DNA from: Parcubacteria group bacterium LiPW_30
GTDB taxonomy: Bacteria; Patescibacteriota; Minisyncoccia; Phycocordibacterales; VMEP01
Assembly (NCBI GenBank): GCA_007375595.1
Contig: VMEP01000001.1
Coordinates: forward strand, 340,694-404,693
Direction: 5' to 3'
DNA: 64,000 nucleotides
Part shown: piece after piece, positions 46,982 through 58,294 of the stretch
How positions within the stretch are numbered: the first letter of the stretch is position 1
Layout: each line of letters starts with the position of its first letter
Position numbers and translations under genes: made by a program
The notes under the pieces: model-generated
What the model saw: the letters and a program-made list of their open reading frames with translations, nothing else
Database searches by the model: none
Told to the model about the DNA's origin: nothing

Positions 46982-48361
46982 TTAACGGTCTTTTATCTTT
47001 TTTATGTAGTCTGCAAGCTCGTCTATTTTTACTGTGTCTTGTGAGCGTGTGGCCATGTCGCGGACAATAACCGTGCCTTCGAGTGCTTCTTTTTGGCCGA
47101 AAATGACAGTATAAGGGACCTCGAGTCGTTCGGCTGTTGCAAGTTGGGCAGAAAGGTTGTCTTTGGCTAGGGTTTGAGCCATAGGGATTCTTGCTTTGCG
47201 AAGTATTTCTACGATGGCGAGGCTTTTTAGTTTTGCTTCAAAACCAAGCTGAATGAAACAGACTTTCGGTTTTTTAATGATACGAGGGGAGAGTGGTTTG
47301 TGGTGTTTGGACATAATAATTCTATCTACCCCAATACTTCCGCCGATAGAGGGAACATCTTTTTTAGAACCAAGAAGTTTTCCAAGATAGTCATATCTTC
47401 CGCCACCAGCAAGTGAAAGGGGCTGTCGTTCAATATTTTCTGTTTTTTCTTCAGTTACTATTTCTCCATTTTCTCCGACAATAGGAACTTCTTCCTCTGG
47501 TATTTCCAAAAATTCAAAAACAGTTTTTGTGTAATAGCTCAAGCCACGAACAAGATTGTGGTTAATTCGATAAGGAATACCCATCTCCTCTAAATACTCA
47601 AGCACTTCTTTGAAGTGTGATTTACAGGAGCTACAAAGGAAGCTCATTGAGTTTGGTGCAGATTCTTTTACGACTGCGCATTTTTCGTTTTTACAATCAA
47701 GTAAACGAAGAGGATTGGTTTTTAGTCGGTCGCGACAATTTCCACAAATATTATCTAAATGCTTTTTGTAATAATTCGTGAGTTCGCGAACGTATGCTGG
47801 GCGACAATCTTTATCTCCAATACTATTTATATCAAGAGAAATTTTTTCAATACCAGCTTCGCTTAGAATAGTGGAAAGCGTTTTGATAACAATCGCATCA
47901 GCAATACTTTTTTGAGTTCCTAATATTTCTAAACTGAATTGGCGTAATTCACGCAAACGTCCTTTTTGTGGGTTGTCGTGTCTAAAATATGGACCGTAAG
48001 AATAGAGCATTACCGGTTGTGGTAGTGCTTGCATTCCGTTTTCAATATAGGCGCGCATGATTCCGGCAGTTCCTTCTGGACGCATCGCCAAATGGTCGCC
48101 ACCTTTTGTTTTTAAGGTGTACATCTCCTTATCAATAATATCGGTGCCTTCGCCGATACCCGAAGTAAAGACCTCTTCTTTTTCAAGAATAGGAGTTTCT
48201 ATTGGCTTGAATCCATAATAGATAGCAATCTCTTGCGCTTTTTCAAAAAAACCTTGGTACTGATAATACTCATTGTCTACAATATCGCGCATCCCCTTTG
48301 GCGCATTTAAGGATTCTTTGTTTTGTTTTTTTTCTTGGTTCATATTTTTATTTAATTCCAC
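46982..48361 (-). CDS. hisS: histidyl-tRNA synthetase
   Basis: class II motif 2 region MRPEGTAGIMRAY; HisRS-specific GGGRYD. Confidence 0.85.
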   Translation of the reverse strand: MELNKNMNQEKKQNKESLNAPKGMRDIVDNEYYQYQGFFEKAQEIAIYYGFKPIETPILEKEEVFTSGIGEGTDIIDKEMYTLKTKGGDHLAMRPEGTAGIMRAYIENGMQALPQPVMLYSYGPYFRHDNPQKGRLRELRQFSLEILGTQKSIADAIVIKTLSTILSEAGIEKISLDINSIGDKDCRPAYVRELTNYYKKHLDNICGNCRDRLKTNPLRLLDCKNEKCAVVKESAPNSMSFLCSSCKSHFKEVLEYLEEMGIPYRINHNLVRGLSYYTKTVFEFLEIPEEEVPIVGENGEIVTEEKTENIERQPLSLAGGGRYDYLGKLLGSKKDVPSIGGSIGVDRIIMSKHHKPLSPRIIKKPKVCFIQLGFEAKLKSLAIVEILRKARIPMAQTLAKDNLSAQLATAERLEVPYTVIFGQKEALEGTVIVRDMATRSQDTVKIDELADYIKKIKDR

Positions 48362-48980
48362 CTGGGTAATAGGAGATACGAGTTGGTGGAAAAAGCCGGA
48401 GAAGAGCTTCCCCGATTATTGCATCGCGTCTCACTGGACCAACTATTCTTGAGTCGAGCGAGACCGGACGGTTATCTCCCATAACAAAGTACTGGTCATT
48501 TCCTAATGTTGCTTCAAAGTCGCTTGTTTTAATGTTTGTTAAATAAGGTTCAGAAATAATTAACCCGTCAGGGTTTTCTTTATTTATTACAGTAAGAACA
48601 TTATTTTTATAACGCAAAGTTTCCCCTGGTAACCCCATTATTCGTTTAATTAAATTTTCAGAAGTATTGCCTGGCTTTTTAACAATAACAACATCACCTC
48701 TTTCTGGGTTATTAAAGCGATATGAAATTTCATCAACGATTAAGTATTCGCCAGTTTCAAATGTTGGAGACATTGAAACGCCTTTTACGATAAATGGCTG
48801 GGCGATAAAGTATCGGAACGGAAGAACGATAAGTGCGGCAATAATTGCAAAACGGAAAAGTTCTCCCCAGAGTGACTCCGAAGGTTTTTCTTTTTCGCTT
48901 TCGTTGATAGTCGGTGGCGTATTTTTTTCCCACTCAGTCATATTGTTTGCGAATGATACTACGTTTTTGTGTATTGACAC
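48348..48980 (-). CDS. lepB: signal peptidase I
   Basis: catalytic Ser box GVSMSPTF; Lys box; VMGDNRPVSLDSR. Confidence 0.8.
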   Translation of the reverse strand: MSIHKNVVSFANNMTEWEKNTPPTINESEKEKPSESLWGELFRFAIIAALIVLPFRYFIAQPFIVKGVSMSPTFETGEYLIVDEISYRFNNPERGDVVIVKKPGNTSENLIKRIMGLPGETLRYKNNVLTVINKENPDGLIISEPYLTNIKTSDFEATLGNDQYFVMGDNRPVSLDSRIVGPVRRDAIIGEALLRLFPPTRISYYPGGIK

Positions 48981-49544
48981 AAGATTTTCTTACGTGCTGT
49001 GGTATTTTTTATTAATCCCGTTAGAGATCACCAATGTTGGCTTACTTTAAAATAATAGCGAGGGGAAATATTGTTTAGAATAATTAACTTAAATAAATAT
49101 TCCCTTGTCCATCTGCGATGGACTATCTCTAATGGGATAAAAATAATATTAATTCACAAAAATGTGAAAACCCCGACACGATATTTCGTGTCAGGGTTTT
49201 GTTTGCATGCGAGATTTTGATTCGCGTGCTCTCTTGCGGTTGCGGACCTGGGCGAAAGGGGTTCGCCTTTTTCGGGGCTTTTCGGAAGTTGTTGTTTCCG
49301 GATAGCTTTGTTGCGGTGGTCCAGGTATATCCGATAATGTAATTTTTGGCGGTTTGTTTCGCTCCGAAACGGGCAAAGTCTTCGCCAAAAATAACGCAAT
49401 CAAGGACGACAACTTACTAAATCGCCAGCTGCGCATAAGGATTACCTCGCGTGTAATGAACAGAATGTCATTATGACATACTTTTTACGAAACTGGAATA
49501 CTTTCGTTTTTGAAAGGTTGATTTAATAAGGTATATTTATTGTT

Positions 49545-50135
49545 ATGAATTATACAATTGTTGGTCTTGGAAACCCTGGAGAAGAATACGAATTAACACG
49601 ACACAATACTGGGCGCATTGTTCTTTCGGCTCTTCATAAAAAAGAAAATTTATCTCCTTTTAAATTAGATAAAAAACTGAAGGCTTTGGTTTCGGAAGGG
49701 AAGATTGGTAAGGATAAAATTGAAGTTATCTTCCCAGAAACTTTCATGAATAAATCAGGGGTAAGTATCACTCCTTTAATAAAAAACAAAAAACAAGCTG
49801 AGAGATTAATTGTTGTGCACGATGATTTGGATTTACCACTAGGCACAATGAAAATCTCATTTAATCGTGGTTCTGGTGGACACAAGGGGATTGAATCAAT
49901 AATTAAGGCAATTAAAACGGAAGCATTTGTTCGCGTGCGAATTGGGGTTTCGCCCAAGACAACAAAGGGTAAGGCCAAAAAACCAAAAGGGGAGGAAAAA
50001 ATTGTAAATTTTATTATTGGTAAATTTTCTAAAATAGAACAAGAGACACTAAAGAAGGTTGGGAAGCAAGTCTCCGAGGCCATTGTCACTCTTGTCAAAG
50101 ACGGTCGCGAAAAGGCGATGGGGGATTTTAATTAA
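49545..50135 (+). CDS. pth: peptidyl-tRNA hydrolase
   Basis: N-terminal IVGLGNPGEEYELTRHNTG with catalytic His. Confidence 0.85.
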   Translation: MNYTIVGLGNPGEEYELTRHNTGRIVLSALHKKENLSPFKLDKKLKALVSEGKIGKDKIEVIFPETFMNKSGVSITPLIKNKKQAERLIVVHDDLDLPLGTMKISFNRGSGGHKGIESIIKAIKTEAFVRVRIGVSPKTTKGKAKKPKGEEKIVNFIIGKFSKIEQETLKKVGKQVSEAIVTLVKDGREKAMGDFN

Positions 50136-50206
50136 ATTTTAGTTTTTGTTTAAACATCTTTTGTGTTAACTTTTGATAAGCATTTTCTTTGAGGGAGGGG
50201 TGGATT

Positions 50207-50539
50207 ATGAAATATCGCAAAAGGTTGGTTCACAAGGGTATTTGGTGCGACAGGGTGAAGATGGAAGATGGTACTGGGCCGAGAGAGAAGGCTTTTGCTG
50301 ACGCGTGGGAAAAAGAAAACGCCCGTACGCGTTACTTCCTATTTTCGGCCGCATGCTCAAGGCTCGAAATGCTCATGCGGGACGAAAACCGACTGATTCC
50401 TGTTTCCCAAGAATCAGCAACGGCTGTTGCGACAATCGTTCAATGGCTCGGTTCAAATTGCGGTTGGGTCTTTCTTGAATCGGCACTGCATAATGCCGGG
50501 TACCGCATCGTCCCTTTGAACGGCGAGACGAAGAAATAA
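50207..50539 (+). CDS. hypothetical protein (GC-rich island)
   Basis: SD gagggaggggtgg + ATG (MKYRK); GC-rich; terminator aaaaatcgccccagcggggcgattttttt follows. Confidence 0.4.
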   Translation: MKYRKRLVHKGIWCDRVKMEDGTGPREKAFADAWEKENARTRYFLFSAACSRLEMLMRDENRLIPVSQESATAVATIVQWLGSNCGWVFLESALHNAGYRIVPLNGETKK

Positions 50540-50582
50540 CGAGCAACAAAAATCGCCCCAGCGGGGCGATTTTTTTCATTTA

Positions 50583-51725
50583 CTATTTCTTGCTTTCGTC
50601 GAGATAGGTTAGGGTCATTCTTTGCTCTTTTGGTTCAAAGAAAGTGATTTGGAAGTTATAAGTTTTTCCAAGCTCTAGTGCTTCGCGAATTTTTTCTTCA
50701 GAACCAAATTCGGAAACATGAGCCAACCCAGCAACTCCTTCCTCAATAGAAACAAGCGCGCCGTGTTTGTTAAACTTGATAACAACACCGTTCACAATAT
50801 CTCCTTTCTTGTATCTCTTTTCAATACCTTTCCATGGGTTCTCCTTGAGAGCTTTGATAGACAGGGAAATCTTGCTGTCTTTAATTTCAATTATCTTAAC
50901 CTTTATCTTGTCTCCAACGCGGAACATTGAGCGTGGATCTTCCACAAGACCCCAATCAATCTCTGAGATGTGAACAAGCCCTTCAAGTCCCTCTTCAATC
51001 TTGATGAAGATACCGAAATCAACAATACCGGTGACTTCTCCTAATAGTTCGTCACCAACTTCAAATTTAGAAAGGACCGCGTCTCGCTCCTTATGATCCT
51101 CACCTTTTTCAGAAAAGATAAGTTTCCCTTCTTTTGGACTTGCCGAGATTATGTAAACAGCAAGTTTTGTTCCAACAAGCTTTTTCAATTCACGTAAGAT
51201 TTTGTCTTTGTCGCCATCTTCAACACGTGGGTAGTGTTCAGGTTTCAGCTGTGAAGCAGGGAGGAAACCAACGATTCCTTGCCATTCAATAATGAGACCA
51301 CCTTTGTTGGCTTCTTTAATAGGTAGCTCAAGAGTTGTTTTTGCTTTGATTGCTGTTTCGGCGTCGCTCCAAATGAGAGCTTGTCGCGCTTCCTTAAGAG
51401 AAAGCTCTATATAACCATCTTCGTTTTCCGTTGAAACAACTTTCGCTTTGACAGAATCACCAATGTTTATTTTCTTGATAATTTCTCGGGCGTTTATAAA
51501 TTCACGGCCGAAAATGATACCTGTTCCAAAAGGTTTCAAGTTAACAAATACAGCTGCGCGCTCAATTCCAATAACTGGACCTTCAACTAAGTCTTCTTCC
51601 TTTAGCATTGCGCCACTGTGGTCAATTACCATCTTAAGCGCATTCGCTTTCTTTAACGCTTCCTCATACTCTGCGAGTTCTGAAAACTCGGCTAAGTCAA
51701 ACTTTTCTTTCTTTTTTGCTGACAT
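50583..51725 (-). CDS. rpsA: 30S ribosomal protein S1 (four S1 domains)
   Basis: repeated S1 OB-fold motifs (VGDELLGEVTGIVDFGIFIKIEEGLEGLVHISEI etc.). Confidence 0.8.
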   Translation of the reverse strand: MSAKKKEKFDLAEFSELAEYEEALKKANALKMVIDHSGAMLKEEDLVEGPVIGIERAAVFVNLKPFGTGIIFGREFINAREIIKKINIGDSVKAKVVSTENEDGYIELSLKEARQALIWSDAETAIKAKTTLELPIKEANKGGLIIEWQGIVGFLPASQLKPEHYPRVEDGDKDKILRELKKLVGTKLAVYIISASPKEGKLIFSEKGEDHKERDAVLSKFEVGDELLGEVTGIVDFGIFIKIEEGLEGLVHISEIDWGLVEDPRSMFRVGDKIKVKIIEIKDSKISLSIKALKENPWKGIEKRYKKGDIVNGVVIKFNKHGALVSIEEGVAGLAHVSEFGSEEKIREALELGKTYNFQITFFEPKEQRMTLTYLDESKK

Positions 51726-52674
51726 AATAATTAATTAAAAAAATCCGCCACCTTTATGGGTGAAGCAGATTATTTCCCAGATTCGCTTGTGTACTACTTA
51801 AACTGGAGCCAAGCGAGGTTAACTGAGAAATCCGCTATTAATGACAAGAAGGTAACATAAAAGCCCCAAAAACTCAATATTCATGATTTTACTTTTCCTT
51901 TTTAAAAACACGATAAAATTCTGCTGAATTTTTCTATACTCACGCCGAGCGTTCCGTAATGTTTTTAAAAAGGAAAAGCTTTAGTTTTTTTGAATAAAAA
52001 ACAACAAAAAGAAAATAAAAATTCTAAATAAAAAAAGTTAAAAGCCCGCAATGATGCGGGCTCCCCCAATTCGGCTTTTACGGTCGTCTGGGGGGACGAC
52101 GATAGGGCTCGTTTCGGCGCATGGCGGTCTCCATTGTGTGGACATGCCGTTTCGGGTTTTTGTCAGGAACCCGAAATTAAACAACTACCTCCTTTTTGTT
52201 GTTGAAGATGTGAATGAGGATACGGCCGGGGCAACGCGCTGTCGCCCCGGCCTCCCCAAACGCGGGAGAGTTTCCCGCGAACAGTCGTCCGCCGATGGCG
52301 TTATCCCAAGATGGGACAGGCCGAGCGAGGCGTGACGGCTGGTGCTACCCCAACTTTCGTTGGGTCTTGCTGGCTTGCCGCCGGCCTGGTTTCAGGTCGC
52401 GCCGGCGCTGCCGAGCTTCTTCTCGATGATGGCCTTGCCCTTGTCGTCGATGGCGTTATGGAATACATTCCTCTTTGCCGTTGCCGGCGGGCTGTGCACT
52501 TGCATGGGGGGGGCTCCTTTCAGAACTTCAACTTTTGGTTTTTAGGTTAGAAACCAAGGGTACCAAACTGCCCCTTTTTGAAACGTGCTGCTAGGGAAAA
52601 GGTTAGCACACAGCCATGTTATTGTCAATAGCCAAAATATCCTTTATTTAAAGGATATTTTGGTATATTAACGT

Positions 52675-53952
52675 TTAAATTTCATGGAAAAGTGTCTTTT
52701 TTCTCTCCTCAAAAAAGAGAACAAACGTTAGCCAGGCGAGAATACTCATGGCGCCGGCGATTAAAATCGGAAGATTAACAGAGATTGTGGCAGCAAATCC
52801 AGCGAGTATTGGTGGAAGTGCTTGGGCAAGCGACTGGATTGATTGATTGATTCCAAGAATTTCACCTTGGGATTCTCCGTCAGCTAAGTTTGAAACGATT
52901 GCGTTGTAGTTTGGCATTGAGAGGCCATTCCAAATTGAAATAAAAGGAACAATTAAATAAAGATAAACTGCTTTGTCTGGCAAAAGTAAAAATGGGAAAG
53001 TTAACCCAAGTAGTAATGTTGAAAAGCGGAGAATTTTTACGGAGGAAAATTTAAAGGAAAGTGGGCGAACAATGAATCCTTGGGTTATTGCGATACAAAG
53101 CCCCATGTATGCGAAAAGATTTCCGATATTGCTTTGGGTAAAAGAAAACTTATCTATAAGAAATACTTGGAAGAATTGAGTAAAAAAAGAAAAACCGAAA
53201 GCTAAAAGAAAAATAACAATGAAAATAACTCGGAGATTTTCCATGCGAAAAGCTTTGTTGATATTTTGGAACCCAGTTAGTAGTGAGATTTTTTTGTGAA
53301 CTCTTGTTTTTAGTGTTTCTTCAAATTGGGAATGAACTAGTAGAATGTTTGCAATTGTAAGAATTGCTGAAAAGAAAAATGGCGTTGCGTAATTGAAGGA
53401 GCTTGAAATTGATGGATCGGAAAGCACTCCACCTAAAAACGGTCCGATAATAAAACCAAAACCGAACATCATTCCAACGAGACCGAAGTTTCGAGCTTTG
53501 TTATTTTCGTCACTAATGTCAGCTATGGAACTATAAGCAACAGACAAACTTCCTCCGGTAAAACCAGAAACGATTCGACCCAAAAACATAATAGGTAAAC
53601 TAGCGGTAATTATCCCCACCGCTGTCATTAAATATCCAAGAAACATTCCACTTAATGATGCGAGGAAAATTGGCTTACGTCCGATTCTATCTGATAGTCC
53701 GCCTAAAATTGGAGCCCCGAAGAATTGTGCTAGTGGATAACAGGCAAGAAGAAAGCCTAAGATAATGTTTCGCACTTCGGTGCCATATGATGGTGGGAGG
53801 ATGCCCGTTTGGTGCATATCAAGGAGGAGTGGGGCAAAAATCGGGATAACGATACCAAGCCCGACTAAGTCGATAAAGACAATTGCGATTATTGGGAGTA
53901 GGGGGTTTTTTCTTAGTGACATAAATTTTTTTAAAATACTTTTGAAAAACAC
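52675..53952 (-). CDS. major facilitator superfamily transporter
   Basis: 12 TM; MFS motif A GGLSDRIGRKP between TM2 and TM3. Confidence 0.8.
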   Translation of the reverse strand: MFFKSILKKFMSLRKNPLLPIIAIVFIDLVGLGIVIPIFAPLLLDMHQTGILPPSYGTEVRNIILGFLLACYPLAQFFGAPILGGLSDRIGRKPIFLASLSGMFLGYLMTAVGIITASLPIMFLGRIVSGFTGGSLSVAYSSIADISDENNKARNFGLVGMMFGFGFIIGPFLGGVLSDPSISSSFNYATPFFFSAILTIANILLVHSQFEETLKTRVHKKISLLTGFQNINKAFRMENLRVIFIVIFLLAFGFSFFTQFFQVFLIDKFSFTQSNIGNLFAYMGLCIAITQGFIVRPLSFKFSSVKILRFSTLLLGLTFPFLLLPDKAVYLYLIVPFISIWNGLSMPNYNAIVSNLADGESQGEILGINQSIQSLAQALPPILAGFAATISVNLPILIAGAMSILAWLTFVLFFEERKKTLFHEI

Positions 53953-54100
53953 GTATAATTTTCTGCTGAAAATTTACTATGCTCGCGTCGCCACGCTGTG
54001 CAATGTTTTTCAAAAGTATTTTGGGATGACTAAGTGCAAAAATGGTATTTTAAAAAAGACACTTTAAAGCAACCAAAATATTTGGTATAGTCATTGGAAT

Positions 54101-54733
54101 ATGATTATTACACACTACGGCAAACAATTTTTCAAGGTTCAGCTCGGCGACACGATAATCGCCTTCAATCCAATTGGCAAAGAATCAAAACTTAAATCGG
54201 CGCGTTTTGGTGCTGATGTTGCGATTTGTTCGGTTAATCATCAAGATTATAATGGTGTTGACGCTGTTGTTTATGGAGAAAAAGAGCCATTCGTGATTAA
54301 AGGTCCTGGTGAATACGAGACGCGTGGAATCTTTATAAAAGGGATTCCGACAGAGATAGTGATTTCTGGGAAAAAATATATCAATACAATTTATTATTTT
54401 GAACTTGATAGTATAAAGATTTGTTTTTTGGGAGCTTATGCTGGGAAACAATTACCAGCCGTGACCAATGAAGTTATAGAAGACATTGATATCCTTTTTG
54501 TCGCAATTGACGGGAACGAAGGAGTAACTCCAGCGGAAGCTTATGCGCTCGCTGTTTCGCTTGAGCCTAAAGTTATTATCCCAATGGATTACGATGACAA
54601 CGGTAAAGCTTTAAAAACTTTTCTTAAAGAAGGTGATTCTGAAGATTTGAAACCAGTAGACAAGTACACGATTAAAAGAAAAGATTTGGAAGGTTGTGAA
54701 GGAGACATTGTTGTTTTGGATTCGCAGGCGTAG
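54101..54733 (+). CDS. metallo-beta-lactamase-fold hydrolase (Lactamase_B_3-like)
   Basis: MIITHYGKQFFKVQLGDTIIAFNP matches the MKITWLGHS..DP start of UlaG-like MBL-fold proteins. Confidence 0.55.
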   Translation: MIITHYGKQFFKVQLGDTIIAFNPIGKESKLKSARFGADVAICSVNHQDYNGVDAVVYGEKEPFVIKGPGEYETRGIFIKGIPTEIVISGKKYINTIYYFELDSIKICFLGAYAGKQLPAVTNEVIEDIDILFVAIDGNEGVTPAEAYALAVSLEPKVIIPMDYDDNGKALKTFLKEGDSEDLKPVDKYTIKRKDLEGCEGDIVVLDSQA

Positions 54734-54821
54734 GTAGAAAGTAGATAGTAGAGAGTGGAAAATGGGAAGATAAAGAAAATAAGAAGTTCGTAAAGTAAGA
54801 GAAAAAAACGAATACAATACA

Positions 54822-55094
54822 ATGCAAGAAATAGAAAAATTTTTAATAGAGCTTCGCGCAAAACCGATACAAACACGAAAAACTATTTTAATTGTTGCCA
54901 CGACTGCGATTACTATTTTTGTTGCAATTATTTGGGTTTACTCGCTTCAGGGTAGGTTGGCGCGATTAAATGGAGAAAGAGCTGTTGCCTCAACAGCGTC
55001 TGCCCCCTCATCAATTATAGCGAAAGATGCTTCCAGTTTTTGGGGCGGAATATCTGTTTTGGTTGATGAATTGAAGCATCAGTTGTCGTTTTAA
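54822..55094 (+). CDS. small membrane protein, hypothetical
   Basis: one TM helix; preceded by a purine-rich GTAGA-repeat leader. Confidence 0.3.
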   Translation: MQEIEKFLIELRAKPIQTRKTILIVATTAITIFVAIIWVYSLQGRLARLNGERAVASTASAPSSIIAKDASSFWGGISVLVDELKHQLSF

Positions 55095-55198
55095 TCTTCC
55101 ATGAAATTAGGCCTTAAAAGGGGCCTGATTTTGACTTACTTTTCGCTTTAAAATAGTTCCCAAATTAGCTCATTTATGCTAGAATTACCTGAAATAAT

Positions 55199-57658
55199 AT
55201 GGCCAAAGAGAAGGATGTAGAAATAAAAGAAGAGCGAAAAGACGGGGTAGTTCCCGTCAATATTAGTTCTGAAATGAAGGAGTCGTATCTTGATTACGCG
55301 ATGTCGGTTATTACCCAGCGCGCTCTTCCTGATGTCCGAGACGGATTGAAACCAGTGCACCGTCGTATTCTTTATGCGATGAACGAAATGGGTTTAACCT
55401 CTTCTGCAAAATTCCGAAAATCGGCTGCTGTTGTTGGAGACGTTTTGGGAAAATACCACCCACACGGTGACGTTGCTGTTTATGACACGATGGTAAAAAT
55501 GGCTCAGACTTTTTCTTATCGTTACCCACTCATCTTAGGTCAGGGAAACTTTGGTTCTATTGATGGTGACTCTGCCGCAGCAATGCGTTATACCGAAGCC
55601 AAGATGTCGCGTCTTTCTAGTGATTTATTAAACGACATAGATAAAAATACTGTTGATTTTCGTCCAAACTATGACGGTTCAAGAAAAGAACCTATTGTTT
55701 TGCCGGCAGCAATGCCAAACCTCGTTTTAAACGGCACTCTCGGTATTGCTGTTGGTATGGCGACAAATATCCCACCGCACAATATAAGTGAGGTTATTGA
55801 TGCTTGCGTCACTCTTATTGATAAAGACGATGTAACCAACGAAGACATTTTGGAACATATAAAGGGGCCAGATTTTCCAACAGGTGGAATGATTTTTGCC
55901 GATAAAGAAATGCGTCATGCATATGTCTCTGGGCGTGGTGGGGTTGTTTGTCGCGGAGAAGCAGAAATTTTAGAAACAAAACAGGGGTTATTTCAGATTA
56001 TAATTACCTCAATTCCATATCGTGTAAACAAAAGCGAACTTATTGTTCACATTGCGGATCTTGTTCGTGATAAAAAATTAGAGGGGATTAAGGATATTCG
56101 AGATGAATCAACAAGAGATATTCGTGTTGTTATTGATTTAAAAAACGGTATTCATCCACAAAAAGTACTCAACTATATATATAAACATTCTGAACTCGAG
56201 ACGAAGTTTCACTTTAATACCCTTGCTCTACTTGATGGTGTTCCACAAACGCTTTCGTTTAAATCAATGCTTGAGGCATTTTTGGCGCACAGACAAGTTG
56301 TTATTAGGCGCCGAACACAGTTTGATTTAGACAAAGCTCTTGAACGAGAGCATATTTTGATTGGTTTGAAAAAAGCGCTTGATCACATTGAAGCGATTAT
56401 TAAGACAATCAAGAAATCAAAAGATACTCCGACTGCTCAGCTTAACTTGATGAAGGAGTTTAAATTTTCAGACAGACAAGCAAACGCAATTCTTGAGATG
56501 CGACTTCAGAAACTTGCTGGACTCGAGCGTAAGAATATTGAACTTGAACTTGAAGAGAAGCAAAAACTAATTAAGGAGCTAAAGACACTTTTGGCTAGTG
56601 AGAGAAAAATTCTTGAATTAATAAAAACAGAAATGCTTGAGATTAAAGCAAAGTATGGCGATGCTCGTCGAACAAAGGTTGTTCGTGGTGGGGTAAAAGA
56701 AATTTCTGAAGAAGATTTGGTTGAAGACAAAGAATCAGCTCTCGTGTTTACCCAAGGTGGATATGTTAAGCGCACAGACCCAGCAGAGTATCGCGTGCAG
56801 AAGCGTGGTGGTGTTGGCGTTGTTGATTTGAACACTAAAGAAGAGGATATAGTTTCAATATTACTCACGACCTCAACTCATAGCGACCTTCTTTTCTTTA
56901 CAGACAAAGGAAAGGCTTATCAAATGAAGATGTACGATATTCCAGAAGGAAGAAGGGCTACTCGCGGAAAATCAATTATGAACTTCCTTTCATTGTCTGC
57001 AGATGAAAATGTGACTTCGATTTTGCCGATGCCAAAATCGCTTAAGGACGAAAAAATGTCACTTGCGATGTTAACAAAGAACGGAACTATTAAAAAAGTT
57101 TCAGCAGATAGTTTTAAAGATGTGCGTAGAAGTGGTCTTATCGCCATTAAACTTGAACAAGGAGACGAGCTTCTTTCGGCATTTTTTGTTCGTAAAGGAG
57201 ACAGTATGATTCTTGCAACGAAGAAAGGGCAATCGATTCGTTTTAAAGAAACCGACGTTCGTGAAATGGGACGAGCGGCAGGTGGTGTTCGTGGAGTTAA
57301 GCTTGGCAAAGGAGATGTTGTTGTCGGTGCTGATGTTGTTCGCCCAGATTTTAAAAATCCAAACATGCTCGTGATGATGGAGAACGGTTACGGCAAAAGA
57401 ACTCCAATGAAGGAATATAAGATACAAAAACGCGGTGGTTCTGGCATGAAGACAGCAAAGGTTACCCCAAAAACAGGTAATGTTATTTCAGCAAAAATTG
57501 TAACCGACGAACTTACACAAGTTATCGCGATGTCAAAAAAGAGTCAGGTTGTAAAAGTTGATCTTTCGACCATTCCAATTTTAGGGCGCGCGACTCAAGG
57601 TGTGCGTATTATGAAACCAAGAGAAGGGGATAGTTTGGCTTCACTTACTTGTCTCTAA
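55199..57658 (+). CDS. gyrA: DNA gyrase subunit A
   Basis: [28 protein letters not shown] with catalytic Tyr region; GyrA-box-like QKRGGVG; beta-pinwheel C-terminal domain. Confidence 0.85.
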   Translation: MAKEKDVEIKEERKDGVVPVNISSEMKESYLDYAMSVITQRALPDVRDGLKPVHRRILYAMNEMGLTSSAKFRKSAAVVGDVLGKYHPHGDVAVYDTMVKMAQTFSYRYPLILGQGNFGSIDGDSAAAMRYTEAKMSRLSSDLLNDIDKNTVDFRPNYDGSRKEPIVLPAAMPNLVLNGTLGIAVGMATNIPPHNISEVIDACVTLIDKDDVTNEDILEHIKGPDFPTGGMIFADKEMRHAYVSGRGGVVCRGEAEILETKQGLFQIIITSIPYRVNKSELIVHIADLVRDKKLEGIKDIRDESTRDIRVVIDLKNGIHPQKVLNYIYKHSELETKFHFNTLALLDGVPQTLSFKSMLEAFLAHRQVVIRRRTQFDLDKALEREHILIGLKKALDHIEAIIKTIKKSKDTPTAQLNLMKEFKFSDRQANAILEMRLQKLAGLERKNIELELEEKQKLIKELKTLLASERKILELIKTEMLEIKAKYGDARRTKVVRGGVKEISEEDLVEDKESALVFTQGGYVKRTDPAEYRVQKRGGVGVVDLNTKEEDIVSILLTTSTHSDLLFFTDKGKAYQMKMYDIPEGRRATRGKSIMNFLSLSADENVTSILPMPKSLKDEKMSLAMLTKNGTIKKVSADSFKDVRRSGLIAIKLEQGDELLSAFFVRKGDSMILATKKGQSIRFKETDVREMGRAAGGVRGVKLGKGDVVVGADVVRPDFKNPNMLVMMENGYGKRTPMKEYKIQKRGGSGMKTAKVTPKTGNVISAKIVTDELTQVIAMSKKSQVVKVDLSTIPILGRATQGVRIMKPREGDSLASLTCL

Positions 57659-57660
57659 CA

Positions 57661-57695
57661 AAAAACACTTTTCGTAAATGAAAAGTGTTTTTTGT
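57661..57695 (+). terminator. terminator after gyrA
   Basis: aaaaacacttttcgtaaatgaaaagtgttttttg. Confidence 0.65.
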
Positions 57696-57760
57696 TAGTC
57701 TAAATTAATTGAAAGCTTGCTCTCATGTCTAATAACTTTTATAATTTGAGTTAATAATTT

Positions 57761-58294
57761 ATGGCATTTCTAGTACCAGACGAGATTATAAAAAGCCTTC
57801 CTCTTGAAAACGGAATGATAGTTGCAGATATAGGAGCCGGCTCTGGTGCGTTTGCAATTCCTCTTGCTCGCAATGTTGGTGATGGTGGTAAGGTCTATGC
57901 AATTGATATAAACAAAGAAGTCTTGGTTAAGATAAAAAAGGATGCAAAAGAAGCCAACCTTTCAAACGTAGAAATTATTTGGGCAAATGCTGAGGTTAAA
58001 GACGGAACGAAGCTTTCCGATAATTCAGTTGATTTTGTTTTAGTCTCCAATCTTCTTTTCCAGGCAGAAGATAAAAAAGGTTTAGTTGAAGAGATTAGCC
58101 GAATCCTAAAACCAAAAGGAATGATTGCAGTTATAGAATGGAAGGGGTCATTTGGCGGGATTGGTCCAAAAGAGAGCGCAGTCGTTAGCGAAAGCGAAGC
58201 GCAGAAACTTTTTAGTGATTCTTTGTTTGCGGAGTATAATAAATTTAACGCCGGAGATTATCATTACGGGGTTGTTTTTGTAAAAATTAAATGA
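57761..58294 (+). CDS. class I SAM-dependent methyltransferase
   Basis: motif I VADIGAGSGAFAIPLA; acidic residue after beta2. Confidence 0.65.
   Translation: MAFLVPDEIIKSLPLENGMIVADIGAGSGAFAIPLARNVGDGGKVYAIDINKEVLVKIKKDAKEANLSNVEIIWANAEVKDGTKLSDNSVDFVLVSNLLFQAEDKKGLVEEISRILKPKGMIAVIEWKGSFGGIGPKESAVVSESEAQKLFSDSLFAEYNKFNAGDYHYGVVFVKIK

Noticed and set aside
49154-49436. Two overlapping basic minus-strand ORFs (81 aa each) in the GC-rich intergenic block
   Set aside because: Low-complexity Arg/Lys-rich translations with no SD. Treated as a candidate ncRNA region instead (see findings).
52051-52550. Several 60-95-aa ORFs in all frames of the 52-kb GC-rich block
   Set aside because: Mutually overlapping, Arg/Pro/Gly-rich, with no RBS. 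Consistent with non-coding or decayed DNA.
54740-54830. Purine-rich GTAGA/GTGGA tandem repeats upstream of the 54822 ORF as a CsrA-type binding array
   Set aside because: GGA motifs are present but the spacing is irregular. More simply a purine-rich leader/SD region. No csrA in the window.
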